Part shown: positions 1 to 14,100 of the stretch, one piece after another
Numbering within the stretch: position 1 is the first letter of the stretch
How the letters are laid out: each line of letters opens with the position of its first letter
Made by a program: the position numbers and the translations under genes
Source of the DNA: Eledone cirrhosa
Lineage: Eukaryota
Direction of reading: 5' to 3'
Assembly: GCA_964016885.1 (NCBI GenBank)
Contig: OZ024743.1
Location: 209,188,001 to 209,252,000 of the forward strand
DNA: 64,000 bases
The notes under the pieces: generated by a model
Told to the model about the DNA's origin: nothing
Seen by the model: only the letters and a program-made list of their open reading frames with translations
Database searches by the model: none

Positions 1-3000
1 CCATCGTATAGTGACACGTGAAAGCTCTTCACTCCATAAGATATACCACAGTTTACCATCCTATAGCCACAGATGATAGCTCTTCACTCCATAAGATATA
101 CCACAGTTTACCATCCTATAGCCACAGATGAAAGCTCTTCACTCCATAAGATATACCACAGTTTACCATCCTATAGCCACAGATGAAAGCTGTTCACTCC
201 ATAAGATATACCACATTTTACCATCCTATAGCCACACATGAAAGTTCTTCACTCCATAAGATATACCACAGTTTACCATCCTATAGCCACACATGGAAGC
301 TCTTCACTCCATGAGATATACCACAGTTTACCATCCTATAGGCTCAGATGAAAGCTCTTCACTCCATAAGATATACCAGAGTTTACCATCCTATAGCCAC
401 AGCTGAAAGCTCTTCACTCCATAAGTTATACCACAGTTTACCATCCTATAGCCACAGATGAAAGCTCTTCACTCCATAACATATACCACAGTTTACAATC
501 CTATAGCCACACATGAGAGCTCTTCACTCCATAAGATATACCTCAGTTTACCATCCTATAGCCACACATGAAAACTCTTCACTCCATAAGATAAACCACA
601 GTTTACCATCCTATAGCCAGATGAAAGCTTTTCAATACATAAGATATACCACAGTTTACCATCCTATAGCCACACATGAAAGCTCTTCACTCCATAAGAT
701 ATACCACATTTTACCATCCTATAGCCACACATGAAAGCTCTTCACTCCATAAGATATACCACAGTTTACCATCCTATAGCCACACATGAAAGCTCTTCAC
801 TCCATAAGATATACCACAGTTTACCATCCTATGGCCACAGATGAAAGCTCTTCACTCCATAAGATATACCACAGTTTACCATCATATAGCCACAGATGAA
901 ATCTCTTCACTCCATAAGATATAACACAGTTTACCATCCTATGGCCACAGATGAAATCTCTTCACTCCATAAGATATACCACAGTTTACCATCCTATAGC
1001 CACACATGAAAGCTGTTCACTCCATAAGATATACCACAGTTTACCATCCTATAGCCATAGATGAAAGCTCTTCACTCCATAAGATATACGACAGTTTACC
1101 ATCCTATAGCCAGATGAAAGCTCTTAAATTCATAAGATATACCACAGTTTACCATCCTATAGACACAGATGAAAGCTCTTCACACCATAAGATATACCAC
1201 AGTTTACTATCCTATAGCCACACATGAAAGCTCTTCACTCCATAAGATATACCACAGTTTACCATCCTATAGCCACAGATGAAAGCTCTTCACTCTATAA
1301 GATATACCACAGTTTACCATCTTATAATGACACGGGAAAGCTCTTCACTCCATAAGATATACCACAGTTTACCATCCTATAGCCAGATGAAAGCTCTTCA
1401 CTCCATAAGATATACCACAGTTTACCATCCTATAGCCACAGATGATAGCTCTTCACTCCATAAGATATACCACAGTTTACCATCCTATAGCCACAGATGA
1501 AAGCTCTTCACTCCATAAGATATACCACAGTTTACCATCCTATAGCCACAGATGAAAGCTGTTCACTCCATAAGATATACCACATTTTACCATCCTATAG
1601 CCACACATGAAAGTTCTTCACTCCATAAGATATACCACAGTTTACCATCCTATAGCCACACATGGAAGCTCTTCACTCCATGAGATATACCACAGTTTAC
1701 CATCCTATAGGCTCAGATGAAAGCTCTTCACTCCATAAGATATACCAGAGTTTACCATCCTATAGCCACAGCTGAAAGCTCTTCACTCCATAAGTTATAC
1801 CACAGTTTACCATCCTATAGCCACAGATGAAAGCTCTTCACTCCATAACATATACCACAGTTTACAATCCTATAGCCACACATGAGAGCTCTTCACTCCA
1901 TAAGATATACCTCAGTTTACCATCCTATAGCCACACATGAAAACTCTTCACTCCATAAGATAAACCACAGTTTACCATCCTATAGCCAGATGAAAGCTTT
2001 TCAATACATAAGATATACCACAGTTTACCATCCTATAGCCACACATGAAAGCTCTTCACTCCATAAGATATACCACATTTTACCATCCTATAGCCACACA
2101 TGAAAGCTCTTCACTCCATAAGATATACCACAGTTTACCATCCTATAGCCACACATGAAAGCTCTTCACTCCATAAGATATACCACAGTTTACCATCCTA
2201 TGGCCACAGATGAAAGCTCTTCACTCCATAAGATATACCACAGTTTACCATCCTATAGCCACACATGAAAGTTCTTCACCCCATAAGATATACCACAGTT
2301 TACCATCCTATAGCCACAGATGAAAGTTCTTCACTCCATAAGATATACCACAGTTTACCATCCTATGGCCAGAGATGAAAGCTCTTCACTCCATAAGATA
2401 TACCACAGTTTACCATCCTATAGCCACACAAGAAAGCTCTTCACTCCATAAGATATAGCACAGTTTACCATCATATAGCCACAGATGAAATCACTTCACT
2501 CCATAAGATATAACACAGTTTACCATCCTATGGCCAGAGATGAAAGCTCATCACTCCATAAGATATACCACAGTTTACCATCCTATAGCCACACATGAAA
2601 GCTGTTCACTCCATAAGATATACCACAGTTTACCATCCTATAGCCACACATGAAAGCTCTTCACTCCATAAGATATACCACAGTTTACCATCCTATAGCC
2701 ACACATGAAAGCTGTTCACTCCATAAGATATACCACAGTTTACCATCCTATAGCCATAGATGAAAGCTCTTCACTCCATAAGATATACGACAGTTTACCA
2801 TCCTATAGCGAGATGAAAGCTCTTAAATCCATAAGATATACCACAGTTTACCATCCTATAGACACAGATGAAAGCTCTTCACACCATAAGATATACCACA
2901 GTTTACTATCCTATAGCCACACATGAAAGCTCTTCACTCCATAAGATATACCACAGTTTACCATCCTATAGCCACAGATGAAAGCTCTTCACTCCATAAG

Positions 3001-6000
3001 ATATACCACCGTTTACCATCCTATGGCCACAGATGAAAGCTCTTCACTCCATAAGATATACCACAGTTTACCACCCTATGGCCACAGATGAAAGCTCTTC
3101 ACTCCATAAGATATACGACAGTTTATCAACCTATAGCGACACCACGGATGAAAGCTCTTCACTCCATAAGATATACCACAGTTTACCATCCTATAGCCAC
3201 AGATGAAAGCTCTTCACTCTATAAGATATACCACAGTTTACCATCTTATAGTGACACGTGAAAGCTCTTCACTCCATAAGATATACCACAGTTTACCATC
3301 CTATAGCCAGATGAAAGCTCTTCACTCCATAAGATATACCACAGTTTACCATCGTATAGCCACAGATGATAGCTCTTCACTCCATAAGATATACCACAGT
3401 TTACCATCCTATAGCCACAGATGAAAGCTCTTCACTCCATAAGATATACCACAGTTTACCATCCTATAGCCACAGATGAAAGCTGTTCACTCCATAAGAT
3501 ATACCACATTTTACCATCCTATAGCCACACATGAAAGTTCTTCACTCCATAAGATATACCACAGTTTACCATCCTATAGCCACACATGGAAGCTCTTCAC
3601 TCCATGAGATATACCACAGTTTACCATCCTATAGGCTCAGATGAAAGCTCTTCACTCCATAAGATATACCAGAGTTTACCATCCTATAGCCACAGCTGAA
3701 AGCTCTTCACTCCATAAGTTATACCACAGTTTACCATCCTATAGCCACAGATGAAAGCTCTTCACTCCATAACATATACCACAGTTTACAATCCTATAGC
3801 CACACATGAGAGCTCTTCACTCCATAAGATATACCTCAGTTTACCATCCTAAAGCCACACATGAAAACTCTTCACTCCATAAGATAAACCACAGTTTACC
3901 ATCCTATAGCCAGATAAAAGCTTTTCAATACATAAGATATACCACAGTTTACCATCCTATAGCCACACATGAAAGCTCTTCACTCCATAAGATATACCAC
4001 ATTTTACCATCCTATAGCCACACATGAAAGCTCTTCACTCCATAAGATATACCACAGTTTACCATCCTATAGCCACACATGAAAGCTCTTCACTCCATAA
4101 GATATACCACAGTTTACCATCCTATGGCCACAGATGAAAGCTCTTCACTCCATAAGATATACCACAGTTTACCATCCTATAGCCACACATGAAAGTTCTT
4201 CACCCCATAAGATATACCACAGTTTACCATCCTATAGCCACAGATGAAAGTTCTTCACTCCATAAGATATACCACAGTTTACCATCCTATGGCCAGAGAT
4301 GAAAGCTCTTCACTCCATAAGATATACCACAGTTTACCATCCTATAGCCACACAAGAAAGCTCTTCACTCCATAAGATATAGCACAGTTTACCATCATAT
4401 AGCCACAGATGAAATCTCTTCACTCCATAAGATATAACACAGTTTACCATCTTATGGCCAGAGATGAAAGCTCTTCACTCCATAAGATATACCACAGTTT
4501 ACCATCCTATAGCCACACATGAAAGCTGTTCACTCGATAAGATATACCACAGTTTACCATCCTATAGCCACACATGAAAGCTCTTCACTCCATAAGATAT
4601 ACCACAGTTTACCATCCTATAGCCACACATGGAAGCTCTTCACACCATAAGATATACCACAGTTTACCATCATATAGCCACACATGAAAGCTCTTCACTC
4701 CATAAGATATACTACAGTTTACCATCCTATAGCCATAGATGAAAGCTCTTCACTCCATAAGATATACGACAGTTTACCATCCTATAGCCAGATGAAAGCT
4801 CTTAAATCCATAAGATATACCACAGTTTACCATCCTATAGCCACACATGAAAGCTATTCACTCCATAAGATATACCACAGTTTACCATCTTATAGCGAGA
4901 TGAAACTCTTCACTCCATAAGATATACCACAGTTTACCATCCTATAGCCATGCATGAAAGCTCTTCACTCCATAAGATATACCACATTTTACCATCCTAT
5001 AGCCACACATGAAAGCTCTTCACTCCATAAGATATGCCACAGTTTACCATCCTATAGCCACAGATGAAAGCTGTTCACTCCATAAGATATACCACAGTTT
5101 ACCATCCGATAGCCACACATGAAAGCTCTTCACTCCATAAGATATACAACAGTTTACCATCCTATAGCCAGATGAAAGTTCTTCACTCCATAAGATATAG
5201 CACAGTTTACCATCCTATAGCCACACATGAAAGCTCTTCACTCCATAAGATATACCACAGTTTACCATCCTATGGCCACAGATGAAAGCTCTTCACTCCA
5301 TAAGATATACCACAGTTTACCATCCTATAGCCACACATGAAAGCTCTTCACTCCATAAGATATACCACAGTTTACCATCATATAGCCACAGATGAAATCT
5401 CTTCACTCCATAAGATATAACACAGTTTACCATCCTATGGCCAGAGATGAAATCTCTTCACTCCATAAGATATACCACAGTTTACCATCCTATAGCCACA
5501 CATGAAAGCTGTTCACTCCATAAGATATACCACAGTTTACCATCCTATAGCCATAGATGAAAGCTCTTCACTCCATAAGACATACGACAGTTTACCATCC
5601 TATAGCCAGATGAAAACTCTTAAATCCATAAGATATACCACAGTTTACCATCCTATAGACACAGATGAAAGCTCTTCACACCATAAGATATACCACAGTT
5701 TACTATCCTATAGCCACACATGAAAGCTCTTCACTCCATAAGATATACCACAGTTTACCATCCTATAGCCACAGATGAAAGCTCTTCACTCCATAAGATA
5801 TACCACCGTTTACCATCCTATGGCCACAGATGAAAGCTCTTCACTCCATAAGATATACCACAGTTTACCACCCTATGGCCACAGATGAAAGCTCTTCACT
5901 CCATAAGATATACGACAGTTTATCAACCTATAGCGACACCACGGATGAAAGCTCTTCACTCCATAAGATATACCACAGTTTACCATCCTATAGCCACAGA

Positions 6001-9000
6001 TGAAAGCTCTTCACTCTATAAGATATACCACAGTTTACCATCGTATAGTGACACGTGAAAGCTCTTCACTCCATAAGATATACCACAGTTTACCATCCTA
6101 TAGCCAGATGAAAGCTCTTCACTCCATAAGATATACCACAGTTTACCATCCTATAGCCACAGATGAAAGCTCTTCACTCCATAAGATATACCACAGTTTA
6201 CCATCCTATAGCCACAGATGAAAGCTGTTCACTCCATAAGATATACCACATTTTACCATCCTATAGCCACACATGAAAGTTCTTCACTCCATAAGATATA
6301 CCACAGTTTACCATCCTATAGCCACACATGGAAGCTCTTCACTCCATGAGATATACCACAGTTTACCATCCTATAGGCTCAGATGAAAGCTCTTCACTCC
6401 ATAAGATATACCAGAGTTTACCATCCTATAGCCACAGCTGAAAGCTCTTCACTCCATAAGTTATACCACAGTTTACCATCCTATAGCCACAGATGAAAGC
6501 TCTTCACTCCATAACATATACCACAGTTTACAATCCTATAGCCACACATGAGAGCTCTTCACTCCATAAGATATACCTCAGTTTACCATCCTATAGCCAC
6601 ACATGAAAACTCTTCACTCCATAAGATAAACCACAGTTTACCATCCTATAGCCAGATGAAAGCTTTTCAATACATAAGATATACCACAGTTTACCATCCT
6701 ATAGACACACATGAAAGCTCTTCACTCCATAAGATATACCACATTTTACCATCCTATAGCCACACATGAAAGCTCTTCACTCCATAAGATATACCACAGT
6801 TTACCATCCTATAGCCACACATGAAAGCTCTTCACTCCATAAGATATACCACAGTTTACCATCCTATGGCCACAGATGAAAGCTCTTCACTCCATAAGAT
6901 ATACCACAGTTTACCATCATATAGCCACAGATGAAATCTCTTCACTCCATAAGATATAACACAGTTTACCATCCTATTGCCAGAGATGAAATCTCTTCAC
7001 TCCATAAGATATACCACAGTTTACCATCCTATAGCCACACATGAAAGCTGTTCACTCCATAAGATATACCACAGTTTACCATCCTATAGCCATAGATGAA
7101 AGCTCTTCACTCCATAAGGTATACGACAGTTTACCATCCTATAGCCAGATGAAAGCTCTTAAATCCATAAGATATACCACAGTTTACCATCCTATAGACA
7201 CAGATGAAAGCTCTTCACACCATAAGATATACCACAGTTTACTATCCTATAGCCACACATGAAAGCTCTTCACTCCATAAGATATACCACAGTTTACCAT
7301 CCTATAGCCACAGATGAAAGCTCTTCACTCCATAAGATATACCACCGTTTACCATCCTATGGCCACAGATGAAAGCTCTTCACTCCATAAGATATACCAC
7401 AGTTTACCACCCTATGGCCACAGATGAAAGCTCTTCACTCCATAAGATATACGACAGTTTATCAACCTATAGCGACACCACGGATGAAAGCTCTTCACTC
7501 CATAAGATATACCACAGTTTACCATCCTATAGCCACAGATGAAAGCTCTTCACTCTATAAGATATACCACATTTTACCATCTTATAGTGACACGTGAAAG
7601 CTCTTCACTCCCTAAGATATACCACAGTTTACCATCCTATAGCCTGATGAAAGCTCTTCACTCCATAAGATATACCACAGTTTACCATCCTATAGCCACA
7701 GATGATAGCTCTTCACTCCATAAGATATACCACAGTTTACCATCCTATAGCCACAGATGAAAGCTCTTCACTCCATAAGATATACCACAGTTTACCATCC
7801 TATAGCCACAGATGAAAGCTGTTCACTCCATAAGATATACCACATTTTACCATCCTATAGCCACAAATGAAAGTTCTTCACCCCATAAGATATACCACAG
7901 TTTAACATCCTATAGCCACACATGGAAGCTCTTCACTCCATGAGATATACCACAGTTTACCATCCTATAGGCTCAGATGAAAGCTCTTCACTCCATAAGA
8001 TATACCAGAGTTTACCATCCTATAGCCACAGCTGAAAGGTCTTCACTCCATAAGTTATACCACAGTTTACCATCCTATAGCCACAGATGAAAGCTCTTCA
8101 CTCCATAACATATACCACAGTTTACAATCCTATAGCCACACATGAGAGCTCTTCACTCCATAAGATATACCTCAGTTTACCATCCTATAGCCACACATGA
8201 AAACTCTTCACTCCATAAGATAAACCACAGTTTACCATCCTATAGCCAGATGAAAGCTTTTCAATACATAAGATATACCACAGTTTACCATCCTATAGCC
8301 ACACATGAAAGCTCTTCACTCCATAAGATATACCACATTTTACCATCCTATAGCCACACATGAAAGCTCTTCACTCCATAAGATATACCACAGTTTACCA
8401 TCCTATAGCCACACATGAAAGCTCTTCACTCCATAAGATATACCACAGTTTACCATCCTATGGCCACAGATGAAAGCTCTTCACTCCATAAGATATACCA
8501 CAGTTTACCATCCTATAGCCACACATGAAAGTTCTTCACCCCATAAGATATACCACAGTTTACCATCCTATAGCCACAGATGAAAGTTCTTCACTCCATA
8601 AGATATACCACAGTTTACCATCCTATGGCCAGAGATGAAAGCTCTTCACTCCATAAGATATACCACAGTTTACCATCCTATAGCCACACAAGAAAGCTCT
8701 TCACTCCATAAGATATAGCACAGTTTACCATCATATAGCCACAGATGAAATCTCTTCACTCCATAAGATATAACACAGTTTACCATCCTATGGCCAGAGA
8801 TGAAAGCTCATCACTCCATAAGATATACCACAGTTTACCATCCTATAGGCACACATGAAAGCTGTTCACTCCATAAGATATACCACAGTTTACCATCCTA
8901 TAGCCACACATGAAAGCTCTTCACTCCATAAGATATACCACAGTTTACCATCCTATAGCCACACATGAAAGCTGTTCACTCCATAAGATATACCACAGTT

Positions 9001-11150
9001 TACCATCCTATAGCCATAGATGAAAGCTCTTCACTCCATAAGATATACGACAGTTTACCATCCTATAGCCAGATGAAAGCTCTTAAATCCATAAGATATA
9101 CCACAGTTTACCATCCTATAGACACAGATGAAAGCTCTTCACACCATAAGATATACCACAGTTTACTATCCTATAGCCACACATGAAAGCTCTTCACTCC
9201 ATAAGATATACCACAGTTTACCATCCTATAGCCACAGATGAAAGCTCTTCACTCCATAAGATATACCACCGTTTACCATCCTATGGCCACAGATGAAAGC
9301 TCTTCACTCCATAAGATATACCACAGTTTACCACCCAATGGCCACAGATGAAAGCTCTTCACTCCATAAGATATACGACAGTTTATCAACCTATAGCGAC
9401 ACCACGGATGAAAGCTCTTCACTCCATAAGATATACCACAGTTTACCATCCTATAGCCACAGATGAAAGCTCTTCACTCTATAAGATATACCACAGTTTA
9501 CCATCTTATAGTGACACGTGAAAGCTCTTCACTCCATAAGATATACCACAGTTTACCATCCTATAGCCAGATGAAAGCTCTTCACTCCATAAGATATACC
9601 ACAGTTTACCATCCTATAGCCACAGATGATAGCTCTTCACTCCATAAGATATACCACAGTTTACCATCCTATAGCCACAGATGAAAGCTCTTCACTCCAT
9701 AAGATATACCACAGTTTACCATCCTATAGCCACAGATGAAAGCTGTTCACTCCATAAGATATACCACATTTTACCATCCTATAGCCACACATGAAAGTTC
9801 TTCACTCCATAAGATATACCACAGTTTACCATCCTATAGCCACACATGGAAGCTCTTCACTCCATGAGATATACCACAGTTTACCATCCTATAGGCTCAG
9901 ATGAAAGCTCTTCACTCCATAAGATATACCAGAGTTTACCATCCTATAGCCACAGCTGAAAGCTCTTCACTCCATAAGTTATACCACAGTTTACCATCCT
10001 ATAGCCACAGATGAAAGCTCTTCACTCCATAACATATACCACAGTTTACAATCCTATAGCCACACATGAGAGCTCTTCACTCCATAAGATATACCTCAGT
10101 TTACCATCCTATAGCCACACATGAAAACTCTTCACTCCATAAGATAAACCACAGTTTACCATCTTATAGCCAGATGAAAGCTTTTCAATACATAAGATAT
10201 ACCACAGTTTACCATCCTATAGCCACACATGAAAGCTCTTCACTCCATAAGATATACCACATTTTACCATCCTATAGCCACACATGAAAGCTCTTCACTC
10301 CATAAGATATACCACAGTTTACCATCCCATAGCCACACATGAAAGCTCTTCACTCCATAAGATATACCACATTTTACCATCCTATGGCCACAGATGAAAG
10401 CTCTTCACTCCATAAGATATACCACAGTTTACCATCCTATAGCCACACATGAAAGTTCTTCACCCCATAAGATATACCACAGTTTACCATCCTATAGCCA
10501 CAGATGAAAGTTCTTCACTCCATAAGATATACCACAGTTTACCATCCTATGGCCAGAGATGAAAGCTCTTCACTCCATAAGATATACCACAGTTTACCAT
10601 CCTATACCCACACAAGAAAGCTCTTCACTCCATAAGATATAGCACAGTTTACCATCATATAGCCACAGATGAAATCTCTTCACTCCATAAGATATAACAC
10701 AGTTTACCATCTTATGGCCAGAGATGAAAGCTCTTCACTCCATAAGATATACCACAGTTTACCATCCTATAGCCACACATGAAAGCTGTTCACTCCATAA
10801 GATATACCACAGTTTACCATCCTATAGCCACACATGAAAGCTCTTCACTCCATAAGATATACCACAGTTTACCATCCTATAGCCACACATGGAAGCTCTT
10901 CACACCATAAGATATACCACAGTTTACCATCATATAGCCACACATGAAAGCTCTTCACTCCATAAGATATACTACAGTTTACCATCCTATAGCCATAGAT
11001 GAAAGCTCTTCACTCCATAAGATATACGACAGTTTACCATCCTATAGCCAGATGAAAGCTCTTAAATCCATAAGATATACCACAGTTTACCATCCTATAG
11101 CCACACATGAAAGCTATTCACTCCATAAGATATACCACAGTTTACCATCA
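1..11150 (+). repeat. Higher-order repeat domain A: 35-monomer (1,924-bp) HOR with 25-, 29- and about 50-monomer variants
   Basis: A marker monomer series (ATAGGCTCAG, CACAGCTGAAA, TTTTCAATACAT, CTTAAATCC, AGCGACACCACGG) recurs in fixed order. Marker ORFs start at 513, 1882, 3806, 6548, 8142 and 10066, giving spacings of 1369, 1924, 2742, 1594 and 1924. These fit 1924 = 35x55 - 3x2 + 5, 1369 = 25x55 - 6 and 1594 = 29x55 - 6 + 5. Confidence 0.9.
1224..11149 (+). repeat. 6,260-bp-offset super-duplication (about 1224-4889 repeated at about 7484-11149)
   Basis: Variant-defined ORF pairs share a constant 6260 offset: 1279/7539, 1882/8142, 2705/8965, 3203/9463, 3806/10066, 4684/10944. The copies diverge at about 4890/11150. 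Confidence 0.85.
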
Positions 11151-14100
11151 TATAGCCACACATGAAAGCTCTTCACTCCATAAGATATACCACACTTTAC
11201 CATCCTATAGCCACAGATGAAAGCTCTTCACTCCATAAGATATACCACAGTTTACCATCCTATAGCCAGATGAAAGCTTTTCACTCCATAAGATATACCA
11301 CAGTTTAACATCCTATGCCCACAGATGAAAGCTCTTCACTCCATAAGATATACCACAGTTTACCATCCTATAGCCACACATGAAAGCTCTTCACTCCATA
11401 AGATATACCACAGTTTACCATCCTATAGCCACACGTGGAAGCTCTTCACTCCATAAGATATACCACAGTTTACCATCCTATAGCCACACATGAAAGCTCT
11501 TCACTCCATGAGATATACCACAGTTTACCATCCTATAGCCAGATGAAAGCTCTTCACTCCATCAGATATACCACAGTTTACCATCCTATAGCCACAGATG
11601 AAAGCTCTTCACTCTATAAGATATACCACAGTTTACCATCTTATAGTGACACATGAAAGCTCTTCACTCCATAAGATATACCACAGTGTACCATCCTATA
11701 GCCAGATGAAAGCTCTTAACTCCATAAGATATACCACAGTTTACTATCCTATAGCCACAGATGATAGCTCTTCACTCCATAAGATAAACCACAGTTTACC
11801 ATCCTATAGCGAAAGATGAAAGCTCTTCACTCCATAAGATATACCACAGTTTACCATCCTATAGCCACAGATGAAAGCTGTTCACTCCATAAGATATACC
11901 ACATTTTACCATCCTATAGCCACACATGAAAGTTCTTCACTCCATAAGATATACCACAGTTTACCATCCCATAGCCACACATGGAAGCTCTTCACTCCAT
12001 GAGATATACCACAGTTTACCATCCTATAGGCTCAGATGAAAGCTCTTCACTCCATAAGATATACCACAGTTTACCATCCTATGGCCACAGATGAAAGCTC
12101 TTCACTCCATAAGATATACCACAGTTTACCATCCTATAGCCACACATGAAAGTTCTTCACCCCATAAGATATACCACAGTTTACCATCCTATAGCCACAG
12201 ATGAAAGTTCTTCACTCCATAAGATATACCACAGTTTACCATCCTATGGCCAGAGATGAAAGCTCTTTACTCCATAAGATATACCACAGTTTACCATCCT
12301 ATAGCCACACAAGAAAGCTCTTCACTCCATAAGATATACAACAGTTTACCATCATATAGCCACAGATGAAATCTCTTCACTCCATAAGATATAACACAGT
12401 TTACCATCCTATGGCCAGAGATGAAAGCTCTTCACTCCATAAGATATACCACAGTTTATCATCCTATAGCCACACATGAAAGCTGTTCACTCCATAAGAT
12501 ATACCACAGTTTACCATCCTATAGCCACACATGAAAGCTCTTCACTCCATAAGATATACCACAGTTTACCATCCTATAGCCACACATGGAAGCTCTTCAC
12601 ACCATAAGATATACCACAGTTTACCATCATATAGCCACACATGAAAGCTCTTCACTCCATAAGATATACGACAGTTTACCATCCTATAGCCACACATTAA
12701 AGCTCTTCACTCCATAAGATATACCACAGTTTACCATCCTATAGCCATAGATGAAAGCTCTTCACTCCATAAGATATACGACAGTTTACCATCCTATAGC
12801 CAGATGAAAGCTCTTCACTACATAAGATATACCACAGTTTAACATCCTATGCCCACAGATGAAAGCTCTTCACTCCATAAGATATACCACAGTTTACCAT
12901 CCTATAGCCAGATGAAAGCTTTTCACTCCATAAGATATACCACAGTTTAACATCCTATGCCCACAGATGAAAGCTCTTCACTCCATAAGATATACCACAG
13001 TTTACCATCCTATAGCCACACATGAAAGCTCTTCACTCCATAAGATATACCACAGTTTACCATCCTATAGCCACACATGGAAGCTCTTCACTCCATAAGA
13101 TATACCACAGTTTACCATCCTATAGCCACACATGAAAGCTCTTCACTCCATAAGATATACCACAGTTTACCAAACTATAGCCAGATGAAAGCTCTTCACT
13201 CCATCAGATATACCACAGTTTACCATCCTATAGCCACAGATGAAAGCTCTTCACTCTATAAGATGTACCACAGTTTACCATCTTATAGTGACACATGAAA
13301 GCTCTTCACTCCATAAGATATACCACAGTTTACCATCCTATAGCCAGATGAAAGCTCTTAACTCCATAAGATATACCACAGTTTACCATCCTATAGCCAC
13401 AGATGATAGCTCTTCACTCCATAAGATAAACCACAGTTTACCATCCTATAGCGAAAGATGAAAGCTCTTCACTCCATAAGATATACCACAGTTTACCATC
13501 CTATAGCCACAGATGAAAGCTGTTCACTCCATAAGATATACCACATTTTACCATCCTATAGCCACACATGAAAGTTCTTCACTCCATAAGATATACCACA
13601 GTTTACCATCCCATAGCCACACATGGAAGCTCTTCACTCCATGAGATATACCACAGTTTACCATCCTATAGGCTCAGATGAAAGCTCTTCATTCCATAAG
13701 ATATACCACAGTTTACCATACTATAGCCACAGATGAAAGCTCTTCACTCCACAACATATACCACACTTTACCATCCTATAGCCACACATGAGCTCTTCAC
13801 TCCATAAGATATACCACAGTTTACCATCCTATAGCCACACATGAAAGCTCTTCACTCCATAAGATATACCACAGTTTACCATCCTATAGCCAGATGAAAG
13901 CATTTCAATCCATAAGATATACCACAGTTTACCATCCTATAGCCACACATGAAAGCTCTTCACTCCATAAGATATACCACAGTTTACCATCCTATGGCCA
14001 GAGATGAAAGCTCTTCACTCCATAAGATATACCACAGTTTACCATCCTATAGCCACACATGGAAGCTCTTCACTCCATAAGATATACCACAGTTTACCAT

